Source of the DNA: a bacterium
GTDB lineage: Bacteria > Patescibacteriota > Saccharimonadia > Saccharimonadales > SZUA-47
Direction: 5' to 3'
Length of the DNA: 64,000 bases
Assembly: GCA_030428125.1 (NCBI GenBank)
Contig: JAUIBF010000003.1
Location: 65,516-129,515, forward strand
Shown piece by piece: positions 53,619 through 62,816 of this stretch. Under the pieces are notes generated by a model. That model made no database searches. It was not told where the DNA came from and saw nothing but the letters and a program-made list of their open reading frames with translations. Position 1 is the first letter of the stretch, and every line of letters starts with the position of its first letter. The translations under genes were made by a program, and so were the position numbers.

Positions 53619-55292
53619 ATGAGTGAAGAAACGAAACAAAGAATAATCGAACTACTTTCTGGTGGAGCTGAAGTTTCAACGCGGAGTGCCGTAGAATATC
53701 GTTATCCAGCACGAGAACTTCCAGAAGGTGCCGAGGTGACACGATTTTGTCCGTCCCCAACTGGCTTCGTACATATTGGTGCGATTTTCACAGCTATGAT
53801 TTGTAAGAGGCTCGCAGGTCAAACTAACGGCGTCTATATCTTAAGAATTGAAGATACAGATAAAAAACGTGAAGTCGAGGGTGCACGTGAACTGATAGCA
53901 GAACAGCTAGCTGCATTTAACCTGCAGGCCGATGAAGGTTTGCAGGCTGACGGTACTATTTCTGGCGAATATGGCCCTTATGTGCAAAGTGATCGCAGAG
54001 ATATTTACCTTACCTATGCGATCGATTTATTAGAACGAGGCCGAGCATATCCTTGTTTTGCTAGCATGGAAGAACTGCAAGAAGCAGTCAAGGACCAGCA
54101 AGCTAAAAAACTACGTCCAGGGTATTACGGTGAATGGGCCCTATGGCGTGATCGAACAGACGAAGAAGTTTTACAGGCATTAGATGCCGGCAAGAAATTC
54201 GTATTACGGTTCCGCTCAGAAGGCTCTCATCAAAAACGTATGCAATTCGATGATGCAATAAAAGGTCAAATGGAAGTCCCGGAAAATGATTTGGATGTTC
54301 CACTAATTAAATCTGATGAATCTAGGTTGCCGACCTATCATTTAGCGCACGTAGTCGATGACTTTTTAATGGGTGCAACAATAATTACACGTGGCGAGGA
54401 GTGGCTGCCGTCTACCCCTCTACACATTGAATTAGCCCAGGCACTCGGAATTAAAACATTCAAGTATGCACATACGCCAGTTATTTCTATTGTTGGCGCA
54501 GAAGGTGGTAAACGAAAACTGTCAAAGCGTAAAGACCCTGAAGCGGATGTTGCATATTGGCACAAGGCAGCTTATCCACTAAAAGCAGTAAAAGCATATT
54601 TGTTAGGGCTTGCTAACTCAAACTTCGAGGATTGGTATAAAGAAAATCCTGATGCTGATTTGGATGAATTCGAATTTAGTTTAGACAAACTTAAAACTTC
54701 GCGCTCCCCACTACTTGATATGAAAAAGGTTGAAGATTACGCTAAAGACGAAATCGCACGTATGTCCCAAGAGCATTTCAATAAAGAGATTCTTGCGTGG
54801 TGCGAACTGCATGATAAAACTTTATTCGATGAAATGATGGCTGATCCAGAATACACAAAGGCTGTATTGGCAATCGAGAGAGGTGGCGATAAACCGCGGA
54901 AAGATGTCGCAAAATGGTCAGATGCGCCCGAACAATTTAGGTATTACTATGACTTTATTTTTGACTCCAGTGTAATGCCAAAGGCTCAGTGTGATTTCGT
55001 TGAAGAAGTAGACTTAAATGAGCAAAGTGACGTATGCGAAGCGTTTATGAAAAACTATGATCACAGTGCCGATAAAGATACTTGGTTTGAGAATATGAAA
55101 AAGTCCGCAGAATCAGCGGGCTATGCCCTAGACCGGAAAGAGCTTAAAGAAAATCCTGATAAATTCAAAGGTGGGTTGGCAGATTTCGCAAAAATTATTA
55201 GAGTAAAACTAACGGGTAAAACCAGAACTCCTGACCTCTACACCATAATGCAAATTTTGGGTGAGGTGCGAGTCAAGAACAGACTAAGCTAG
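53619..55292 (+). CDS. gltX: glutamate--tRNA ligase
   Basis: RFCPSPTGFVHIGA (HIGH region) and KLSKRK (KMSKS); 557 aa with a long C-terminal domain. Confidence 0.9.
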   Translation: MSEETKQRIIELLSGGAEVSTRSAVEYRYPARELPEGAEVTRFCPSPTGFVHIGAIFTAMICKRLAGQTNGVYILRIEDTDKKREVEGARELIAEQLAAFNLQADEGLQADGTISGEYGPYVQSDRRDIYLTYAIDLLERGRAYPCFASMEELQEAVKDQQAKKLRPGYYGEWALWRDRTDEEVLQALDAGKKFVLRFRSEGSHQKRMQFDDAIKGQMEVPENDLDVPLIKSDESRLPTYHLAHVVDDFLMGATIITRGEEWLPSTPLHIELAQALGIKTFKYAHTPVISIVGAEGGKRKLSKRKDPEADVAYWHKAAYPLKAVKAYLLGLANSNFEDWYKENPDADLDEFEFSLDKLKTSRSPLLDMKKVEDYAKDEIARMSQEHFNKEILAWCELHDKTLFDEMMADPEYTKAVLAIERGGDKPRKDVAKWSDAPEQFRYYYDFIFDSSVMPKAQCDFVEEVDLNEQSDVCEAFMKNYDHSADKDTWFENMKKSAESAGYALDRKELKENPDKFKGGLADFAKIIRVKLTGKTRTPDLYTIMQILGEVRVKNRLS

Positions 55293-55961
55293 AAGAGCTA
55301 TTTCGGCAACTTCTCGGAATGTTGGACGTAAGATCTTAGCTTCTGAAGTTGGTTCAACCGGCACGACAGGAACAAAAAACTTAGGTTCGCCTGCTGGTCT
55401 AATGTTTACTGCTTCTGTAATATGATTCAAGGATCGATAGTATTGTCTTCCGGTGGCAGGATCATTCCAGTCTAAGCCATGTCCAACTACAAATTTGCTT
55501 GCAATCCTAAACCCGTAATGAACCTCATCAGCTCTCAGTTCATCGTAGGCTTTTTCTTCCTCAGGTTTATCAAGTAGCGAAACAAACCTAATACTTTTTG
55601 GGCTCTGGTCGACTAGTCTATTTAATACAAAATCGGCAGTTGAACCAGAATCATCCACGTCCTCCACGACCAATACATCAAGACCCTTTATGTGGATGTC
55701 TGTGTCCTTTACTAGCTTGGGTTCAGTCCTCTCGGTTCCATTCATGCTTCTGACACGTATCGTATCTTCAAGTACAAACGGGTTATTCATGGCACCAGTC
55801 AAGTTTTTAGCGAAACGCGAAGCTCCTTCTAGCACCGTAATTACAGCTACTTCATCACAACCGTACAAGCTATCATAATATTCAGCTAACTTTCTCGTTC
55901 TCTCTGCAATTTCGGCACTAGGAATAAACTCCTCGCCACCTGACAATCTCAAGTCAGACAT
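55284..55961 (-). CDS. hpt: hypoxanthine(-guanine) phosphoribosyltransferase with a C-terminal extension
   Basis: PRPP loop VLVVEDVDDSGST, LLDKP and FVVGHGLD. There are about 45 extra C-terminal residues. The 3' end overlaps gltX by 9 nt. Confidence 0.85.
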   Translation of the reverse strand: MSDLRLSGGEEFIPSAEIAERTRKLAEYYDSLYGCDEVAVITVLEGASRFAKNLTGAMNNPFVLEDTIRVRSMNGTERTEPKLVKDTDIHIKGLDVLVVEDVDDSGSTADFVLNRLVDQSPKSIRFVSLLDKPEEEKAYDELRADEVHYGFRIASKFVVGHGLDWNDPATGRQYYRSLNHITEAVNIRPAGEPKFFVPVVPVEPTSEAKILRPTFREVAEIALLA

Positions 55962-56033
55962 TTTAACCCCTGTTTTTATTAATTCCCTCTATCTAATTTG
56001 GAGTATAACCATTTATTTTTGAATGTCCAAATT

Positions 56034-56675
56034 CTAATTTGAAGAGACAGGTTGAGAATTCTCAGGAACCTCAATTTGGACGTCTTGGTACTCGTAGTCA
56101 ATATTGAATGTTCCATCACTGCCTTCCCATTCTGCTCGGTTGACTCGCCCTTCTGCGTTTATAAATAGCTCTCCAATATTATTGTCTTCTTCAATTTCCC
56201 ACGTATCACATGTGCCTGATGCACAAGAATCACGACCCAAGTATTTTGCAGTTTCTTTAAACTCTACATAATCTTGCTCGTTATACTCGAATTGCTCTTC
56301 GTCGATTGGGCTACCATCGCCACCCGGACTCTCGATGCAAGTGTCTTTATTGCAAACTATATTCTTGTTGTCGATCTGATATATCTCAAAAGTGTCCGAG
56401 CCTAGGGTACCTTGATAATGCGTATTTCCATTTGAGTCGTGTTCGATTGTTGCTGTATAGAATTTGCCATCTTTTGTCCTGCCACTAACAAACGCAACAT
56501 ACGAAGAAGACTCCGTGCTCAACGGATTAAATACTGAAACTGCATCTTCGTTACTTACGGTTATTGGTCCACTTTGCGTGCTGTTATTTTTTGGCTCGGT
56601 AATTTTGAATATTGTATACACACCAGACACGATTAGGGCTAAGCATACAAGAACCACAACTACTAATCTCATCAC
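56034..56675 (-). CDS. hypothetical membrane-anchored/secreted Cys-containing protein
   Basis: N-terminal hydrophobic anchor (LVVVVLVCLALIVSGVY), followed by an acidic beta-rich domain with 6 Cys. Confidence 0.5.
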   Translation of the reverse strand: MMRLVVVVLVCLALIVSGVYTIFKITEPKNNSTQSGPITVSNEDAVSVFNPLSTESSSYVAFVSGRTKDGKFYTATIEHDSNGNTHYQGTLGSDTFEIYQIDNKNIVCNKDTCIESPGGDGSPIDEEQFEYNEQDYVEFKETAKYLGRDSCASGTCDTWEIEEDNNIGELFINAEGRVNRAEWEGSDGTFNIDYEYQDVQIEVPENSQPVSSN

Positions 56676-56765
56676 ATCCCTTTATGACTAGACTTAATTA
56701 TATAATTCTTCGCACCTCAGGTCATATGTGAAAAAAATCACATCGCAATAGTCAAACATTATTAA

Positions 56766-57224
56766 TTGTTTTATTCTAATTGCATAGGAAGGGATAAAGG
56801 GATGGACGAAGAAAATGTACAAAAACCAAAAATTGTAATAGTAGAAGACAATTTTGCGCTTGCAGACATATACAAAACGAGACTAGATATTATTGGCTAC
56901 AATTGTATGGTCGCCCACGACGGGATGGCTGCGCTGGAGTTGATTGAGCGTGAAAAACCTGACCTGGTGTTGCTGGATCTTATGGTCCCAAGAATTGCTG
57001 GAGATGAAATTCTAAGGCGAATGCGCGCTAGTGACTGGGGTAAAGACATTAGAGTGTTTATTATTTCAAACTTGAATGAAAAAGATGCCCCAGAAGGTCT
57101 AAGAGAGCTTGGTATTGAGGGTTATGCTGTCAAGGTTGGGCTAACGGACGATGATATTGATAGACTAGTTGATAACATTCTAAAACCTACCGATCAAGAA
57201 GAAGACGTGTCGCTAGAAGGATAG
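56766..57224 (+). CDS. stand-alone response-regulator receiver protein
   Basis: IVIVEDN, DLVLLDLMVPRIAG, IISNL and YAVKV. The likely start is the ATG at 56802. No output domain. Confidence 0.85.
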   Translation: MFYSNCIGRDKGMDEENVQKPKIVIVEDNFALADIYKTRLDIIGYNCMVAHDGMAALELIEREKPDLVLLDLMVPRIAGDEILRRMRASDWGKDIRVFIISNLNEKDAPEGLRELGIEGYAVKVGLTDDDIDRLVDNILKPTDQEEDVSLEG

Positions 57225-57916
57225 TCAAAAAGCGCTACTTCTGCTGCATTTTGGTTGTTGAAATGTTGCAGCTGCAGACAGGCAAGTCCGACACCTGAAC
57301 TTGCCAAAAGGAACTCATCAGCCCTAACCTCTCTGCCGACCCTGGACTCAAAACCTCCAACAGCTAGCCCCTGAACGAAATCCGTTAAATACGGTTGATG
57401 ATTTTCTGCAACTCCACCTAGCGCGCGCATAAATGGACCAATGTGCTCCATCTGTTTGTCATTTAAGAACATTTCATCCTCAGGAACTGGCCATGTGGTA
57501 AATGTAGAAACCTCAAGTTTAGCTAGCATTGTCGCGCAAACACCATAAGCGTACACGAAAGTTAATCCATGGTAGCCTAAACTTTCTTCAAAATGAGGGG
57601 ATATATATCTTTCCAACATCTCTCTTTGTCCCGTAGACATGCCGCTCCTCATCATTCTTTTTGCTAAATCGGATAATCTAGCATTCGTAAAATCAATGTA
57701 AAAATCATAGATAGTATCGTCTCGTCTTTCACCTATTTGTATTTCTCCATGGTAGCCGGTAGCGTTTTTACCTAAAACTGCCATTAATTGTTTTGGATGT
57801 ACTTGATGAGGTGGGATATCAGGCATGCCGTCGTTAATGATTTGCCTTGCAGCCTTTGCTGTCTTTCTCGACCCACGAAGGCGTGGCCAGCGAAGTAGTT
57901 CAAATTCAGCGGACAT
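57194..57916 (-). CDS. hypothetical protein
   Basis: 240-aa ORF, 4 nt after the asparaginase-like gene. Its 3' end overlaps the convergent receiver gene by 31 nt. Confidence 0.5.
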   Translation of the reverse strand: MSAEFELLRWPRLRGSRKTAKAARQIINDGMPDIPPHQVHPKQLMAVLGKNATGYHGEIQIGERRDDTIYDFYIDFTNARLSDLAKRMMRSGMSTGQREMLERYISPHFEESLGYHGLTFVYAYGVCATMLAKLEVSTFTTWPVPEDEMFLNDKQMEHIGPFMRALGGVAENHQPYLTDFVQGLAVGGFESRVGREVRADEFLLASSGVGLACLQLQHFNNQNAAEVALFDYPSSDTSSS

Positions 57917-57920
57917 GTCT

Positions 57921-58439
57921 TTATTCTACCGGAATAAAAATTCCGTTTTCTACATCCTTTTGTACATTACCCCCATTATGCACCACCCCGTTCATCGCAA
58001 CATAGACTCCGGCAGGAGATAGTCTGGCAGCTGTAAGCGCACTCCCCAGATTAAATCGAGCGTCGGACTCTCCTGCTAGTTGTGCAGGTTTCATTGCCCC
58101 TGTTAGAACTATAGTTCTCATCGAAGATAATCTTTGCGCATGGTTTAAGAAGTACCTGGCAGTTTCTGGCATCGTGCTTGTTCCGTGGGTTATGACTAGC
58201 CTTTTTGCTCCAGAGCTTCTTACGGCACCAACCAAGTTGGCTCGATGTTCATCATCCATGAAGCGACTATCTATTCTCATGAAATGATCAATGCTTACCC
58301 CTTCGCACGCACCAGCATCTTCTAACAACCTTTCAATTACTGAAGGTCCACTGAAATCAAATGCTTCGGTATTCGGGTTGTAAGTTTTATCGATCGTACC
58401 ACCCGTAGTGATGATATGCACTGGTTCTACCTCTGTCAT
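57921..58439 (-). CDS. short asparaginase-domain protein (N-terminal asparaginase/glutaminase fold only)
   Basis: ITTGGTIDK (catalytic Thr motif), ITHGTSTM (HGTDT-like) and VLTGAMKP; only 172 aa. Confidence 0.7.
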   Translation of the reverse strand: MTEVEPVHIITTGGTIDKTYNPNTEAFDFSGPSVIERLLEDAGACEGVSIDHFMRIDSRFMDDEHRANLVGAVRSSGAKRLVITHGTSTMPETARYFLNHAQRLSSMRTIVLTGAMKPAQLAGESDARFNLGSALTAARLSPAGVYVAMNGVVHNGGNVQKDVENGIFIPVE

Positions 58440-58486
58440 AAAATTAATTAAAACATAAAGTAGATATAAATCAAAGGATAGTTGGT

Positions 58487-59122
58487 TTATTTAGAATTAC
58501 GCATTTGGAACGACAGACCAAATGCTAGCAGTACAACCCAGACGAAAATCCAAAGATAATCCGTCTCATGAATAATTGATGTGTTTCCGTGCTGAAGGCT
58601 GTCGACTAGCTCTTTGTTGGTGAAGAGTAAAAGTCCTGTCACGATCGCTGATGCACCTTGAGCCGAAGTTACGAGCGCAAACAATGCCTCGACCAACTGA
58701 AAAGTTCTGATGATTAAGAAAATGAGCACACCTGCGAAAACAGAAAGACCAATTGCCACAAATACATTCGCGTCTAGCCTATTTAGAATCCCATAGGTTA
58801 TGGTGCCAGCTGTGTAGGATATGCTCAAGGTAATAAATAGCTTGTAGAATCTAATTGCTAGAACTGCAACCAACACGGCAAGACCAATCGTTAAGGTAGT
58901 TTCTAGCCAGCCTGTTAGATTCGAGTGATAAAACAAGGCGTGCCCGATATTGAATCCAATTATTACTCCTAGTAATCCGACAGCTAATTTAATAAATTTC
59001 GCTCCAAAGAATAGTAGGATTGCTCCTACGAATAGGTAGAAAATTCCATAAACAATTGCCGATTCCATGCTAAGCCTCCCTTGACTAACCCCCACTATAC
59101 TCGCTAATTTTTCGCTCAACAA
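58487..59122 (-). CDS. polytopic membrane protein (DUF4203-like)
   Basis: Six or seven TM helices with glycine-rich packing motifs. The likely start is the ATG at 59068 (MESAIVYG). Confidence 0.55.
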   Translation of the reverse strand: MLSEKLASIVGVSQGRLSMESAIVYGIFYLFVGAILLFFGAKFIKLAVGLLGVIIGFNIGHALFYHSNLTGWLETTLTIGLAVLVAVLAIRFYKLFITLSISYTAGTITYGILNRLDANVFVAIGLSVFAGVLIFLIIRTFQLVEALFALVTSAQGASAIVTGLLLFTNKELVDSLQHGNTSIIHETDYLWIFVWVVLLAFGLSFQMRNSK

Positions 59123-59181
59123 GCACAGCCGGTATCATATTGTTCATGGTTAATAAATACTTCATTGCTAATATCAACTAA

Positions 59182-59973
59182 ATGAGTAAACAAGAGCTGC
59201 TTCCAGACATGTATCCTATTCATGCAGAGCCTATCGTGATTGATTACTCTGATAGAATTGACCAAACACAAGTATTTATAGAGGTAGATGACTTTGCATA
59301 CGAATCACTTCATGTTGCGCGTAGCAGAGAGTTTGGCCTCTGGTCGCAAGAAGTTGTCGTCGAAACTATTATAGAATGTTTCGAATTGCCAATTTTACCA
59401 CCGGAAACATGGCGTAGATTGCCCAACGGACAAAAATGGGGGCCAATTGAGCACGATGATTACTTTATTCAGCCACAAGGCATAGTAGATTCTAGCGCAG
59501 AGATCGGAGAGAGAATATTAAGAATCGGTAACGATAACTTATCTATAGTTACGAATTATATTATTGACTTAGCAGGTAGAAAGATATCGTCTATTACTGA
59601 TGAGATAGAATACGAAGAATTGCCTGCAGCTTTTCGTAGCGAAGTTTTTCTAAAAGAACTGATCAATGGAGGTCACGTGTTAGGATTCGAAGATTTCCAA
59701 AGTGCAGCCTATTCAATAGGGACATCGCCGGCCAAGGGTGCAGATGTGTTCGATACTGTCATCAAGATGTTAGGAGATGACGAGGCTAAAGAGTGGGTCG
59801 GTCTGCTAGAAATTCATGGCAACCCGTATGCACGCAGAGATATTAGAGGACAGCTATATGTTGCAACACAAGCTTTGGCTAACCTTCTCGCTGAACTTGA
59901 TGAAAATCCAGAGCTGCACCCAGAGTTGAATTTAAAATCCAGAGCTGTTCTACGCGCTATCCTAGAAGACTAG
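59182..59973 (+). CDS. hypothetical acidic protein
   Basis: 263-aa ORF; no motif recognised. Confidence 0.5.
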   Translation: MSKQELLPDMYPIHAEPIVIDYSDRIDQTQVFIEVDDFAYESLHVARSREFGLWSQEVVVETIIECFELPILPPETWRRLPNGQKWGPIEHDDYFIQPQGIVDSSAEIGERILRIGNDNLSIVTNYIIDLAGRKISSITDEIEYEELPAAFRSEVFLKELINGGHVLGFEDFQSAAYSIGTSPAKGADVFDTVIKMLGDDEAKEWVGLLEIHGNPYARRDIRGQLYVATQALANLLAELDENPELHPELNLKSRAVLRAILED

Positions 59974-59981
59974 TGCACGCC

Positions 59982-60010
59982 CACTGTACAAGGAACGTCC
60001 TTGTACAGTG
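59982..60010. terminator. 13-bp perfect palindromic hairpin between convergent genes
   Basis: CACTGTACAAGGA, loop ACG, then TCCTTGTACAGTG. It lies 9 nt after one stop codon and 19 nt after the other. Confidence 0.6.
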
Positions 60011-60028
60011 ATATATGTCACGCTGAAT

Positions 60029-60778
60029 TTAGATGTCTTCAATGTGGGCGAGGCCTGTGTAGTCATCAATTGTGAGGGGTGCGCCTCTGTATGCAACGGT
60101 GCTAGGGTTCATTATTCCACGCAAACGTAACATTGAAGCAGCCACTATTAAATCTGCCCGAGTTACAAGTGATTGCTCAAATTCTGAAGCGTCTGTATCT
60201 AGCACTGGCTCTCCAGATTCGACAATTCTCTCAATGTCATCTGCAGTTAACTTGTCGTTGCCTATAACTGCACCTGGTGCGTAACCGAAAAACCTCTCAA
60301 TTTGCGTAAAAGTTTCATTGACTAAATTCAATCCATATTCTAAGTCTGCTTCTGCTCTCTCGGGTCTACCATAGTATCTTCGTACATTTAATTGGCGTTC
60401 TGATTCTAGATATCCTTCAACTTTTTCATCAATATCAGGATCGAAAATTTGGAAATTCCCTGGCTTGTATTGAAGGTTTGTCTCGTCTCCAGATATTGTA
60501 GAACCGTCTGATTTAACAGGTTGCCAAATATTTGCCATTGCAACAGCGTGACTCCAAGTAACACTGTAAACATCAACCTCGCCAAGATAAATAGCCTTGA
60601 ATCTGACCGTCTGGATTGATCTGTCGGCAAGAGTTACGCTGCTATCTACCAGTATTTCATTATGATATCCGTCAGCACCTGCGGATTGAACGCAAATTCT
60701 ATCTAGTTTACGACTAAAGTCAAGCACTTCTCCGTCGCTCGCTGGCCAATACAGTTCTGGATTTCTGGGACTGCTCAT
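60029..60778 (-). CDS. hypothetical acidic protein
   Basis: 249-aa ORF; no motif recognised. Confidence 0.5.
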   Translation of the reverse strand: MSSPRNPELYWPASDGEVLDFSRKLDRICVQSAGADGYHNEILVDSSVTLADRSIQTVRFKAIYLGEVDVYSVTWSHAVAMANIWQPVKSDGSTISGDETNLQYKPGNFQIFDPDIDEKVEGYLESERQLNVRRYYGRPERAEADLEYGLNLVNETFTQIERFFGYAPGAVIGNDKLTADDIERIVESGEPVLDTDASEFEQSLVTRADLIVAASMLRLRGIMNPSTVAYRGAPLTIDDYTGLAHIEDI

Positions 60779-60895
60779 TTACTTAATAAGTTAACATAAA
60801 TTTTAATTCACATATAAATCACTGGAGTGAAAAGTTCTGTCGAAAAAGCTTAAGCAGTTAAAATTTAGGACAGTTGCCTGTATTATCTGGTTAAT

Positions 60896-61624
60896 ATGCC
60901 CAGAAGACACAACAGAAGATCACAGCCAAGACCCCGTCATACTCAAATCCCCGGGTATATTCAAGATGGTTCGCACGGCAGAAGCACGCTACATGAAACC
61001 TGGAGATTAGACCCGAACGGAAAATCATCAACCAGACATAGATACTTACAGACCGGTTTAGGAAGGAGTTTAAGCACAGACACTGTTGGAGGTTTGCTCG
61101 AGCTTCTGGGTTTGCCTGAAGCAGAAAAGATTGGCCAATCAGGCATTGCGTACGTTGCCGGCAATGAAATGGCAAAATTGGTTCAATACGGCTTTATGTT
61201 GGGTGGGGCTAGTAGGCTAGAGCCACATGATGCCGTAAACGCTTTGTATGAGGGTGTTTTGGTTTCCGGTGGGGTCATTACTGAACGTGATGAATTTGTT
61301 GTTGCTTGTAAAGGTTTTGGGGTCAAGCAGTTTGGTAGTTCGGTGCTAAAAATCGTTGCTCATCTGTCTGATGTCTCCAACGAGGAGGGAGAACCGATAA
61401 TATTGGATGAGCGCATCAGAGCGATGGAACTGTTAGGAGTTGATCAAGTGCCAAGTAGAAAACCTTTTGACTTAATAACTCATAATGCCGACTTAGCTCT
61501 AACCGATGAGGTTAGTTTTGATGATGCAAAAAGTATGGTAAATGATGCGAACGCAACAGCAAGTCACTTAGACGTGACATTGTTGCCTGTTAGTGCAGTA
61601 ACGACAGTCTTGCCGGGTAGATAA
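60896..61624 (+). CDS. hypothetical protein with an Arg/His/Ser-rich N-terminal ~90 aa (start uncertain)
   Basis: The first 90 codons have unusual composition, and two antisense ORFs are open across them. The globular part begins near the ATG at 61169. Confidence 0.4.
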   Translation: MPRRHNRRSQPRPRHTQIPGYIQDGSHGRSTLHETWRLDPNGKSSTRHRYLQTGLGRSLSTDTVGGLLELLGLPEAEKIGQSGIAYVAGNEMAKLVQYGFMLGGASRLEPHDAVNALYEGVLVSGGVITERDEFVVACKGFGVKQFGSSVLKIVAHLSDVSNEEGEPIILDERIRAMELLGVDQVPSRKPFDLITHNADLALTDEVSFDDAKSMVNDANATASHLDVTLLPVSAVTTVLPGR

Positions 61625-61625
61625 C

Positions 61626-62066
61626 ATGGCATCCTTCGAATACACACAATTTGGCTATGTATTTCCCGGTTTCAGACCGACAATTAATCCTTTTATTGAA
61701 TATTCTGGTCAAGAGGCTAGTTTTTCACCTCTCGGAATTGAAGGAAAAGGCACCCCTGCTCCGATGCCAGATGCAAAACTCAAGGCTGCTGTTTGGCTAG
61801 GTAGGTCAGTAAGTGGGCGTGGCGAGTCACCAGTATTAGCGATGGTTTTGGGTGCAGATACTCCCGTTGACTTCGAAAAACTACTATTTGAGTCAATTTG
61901 GTGGTACGGGGCAGCTAAAGTCGGATGGGACCAGGGTGAGTTCGGTATGTTTGGTTCAGAGCTTGCATTAGCAGATTTTGCTATCGAACGAGCAATGCAC
62001 GGCACAGAAGTTTTCGGCAGTGTAGTTGTAAACTTAAAAGAGTTTTTGCCTGATCTGACTACCTGA
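61626..62066 (+). CDS. hypothetical protein
   Basis: 146-aa ORF starting 1 nt after the upstream stop. Confidence 0.45.
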   Translation: MASFEYTQFGYVFPGFRPTINPFIEYSGQEASFSPLGIEGKGTPAPMPDAKLKAAVWLGRSVSGRGESPVLAMVLGADTPVDFEKLLFESIWWYGAAKVGWDQGEFGMFGSELALADFAIERAMHGTEVFGSVVVNLKEFLPDLTT

Positions 62067-62092
62067 AAATACCCAGGCCTTAGCAATTGCCC

Positions 62093-62719
62093 CTAGTTGC
62101 CGGGTACTACTTGCGCAGGGTCAACCTGCACTAATTCAACGTCAAAAATTAACATAGAGTTTGGTGGGATTGGATCCTTGCCTTGTTCCCCGTAGCCAAA
62201 CTGACTAGGAATTATAAGTCTGCGTTTTCCACCCTCTTTCATGCCAAAAATTCCCTGCTCCCAGCCTGAGATTACTTGGCCAGCACCTAGGGTGAAGTCA
62301 AACGCTACGAGCTGACCTTTTTCGTTAATCTGTGACTGGTCAAAAATTTGTCCACTTGTAAGATAGCCAGTGTAGACGACATGTGCTTTTGTTCCACGCG
62401 TTGCTTCATCTCCCGAACCAACTTTAATGTCAATAAACTGAGTACTTTCAGCATCAGAATATTGCTCGTAAACCGAAAATTCTACAGGCTCTGGGATTTT
62501 AGGTTGTGATGTAGAGTCGTCGTTGGAGCTTTGGATACCTAAATTGCTTTGCTGATTTTTAGGTAACGCGGATTCAAGTGATAAATCTACTTCTGATTTG
62601 GAGCTTTCAAGCTGCTTATCTTGTTGTTCGAACAGCAGAATGTAGCCCACAGTTCCACCACCCGTGAGCAGAAGCGCTAAGATTACAGTAATTACTGCTG
62701 TTTTTTTACCCATGTTCAT
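62093..62719 (-). CDS. membrane-anchored FKBP-type peptidyl-prolyl isomerase
   Basis: A TM anchor, then VVYTGYLTSGQIFDQS...FTLGAGQVISGWEQGIFGMKEGGKRRLIIPSQFGYG...LIFDVELV. Confidence 0.88.
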   Translation of the reverse strand: MNMGKKTAVITVILALLLTGGGTVGYILLFEQQDKQLESSKSEVDLSLESALPKNQQSNLGIQSSNDDSTSQPKIPEPVEFSVYEQYSDAESTQFIDIKVGSGDEATRGTKAHVVYTGYLTSGQIFDQSQINEKGQLVAFDFTLGAGQVISGWEQGIFGMKEGGKRRLIIPSQFGYGEQGKDPIPPNSMLIFDVELVQVDPAQVVPGN

Positions 62720-62816
62720 ATTAATTTTAGCAGTTCTGATAAATATTTATCCAAGAATATTGTGAAATATTAGGTATTGGATGTAAACTTCTTATGTATA
62801 GGGATGCAAATAGATT

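Noticed and set aside
60891-61175. A 94-aa minus-strand ORF opposite the start of the 60896 gene, considered as a real divergent gene.
   Set aside because: It has no recognisable motif or start context and overlaps two other open frames, which indicates a compositional effect. The ambiguity is reported under the 59182-62066 finding instead.
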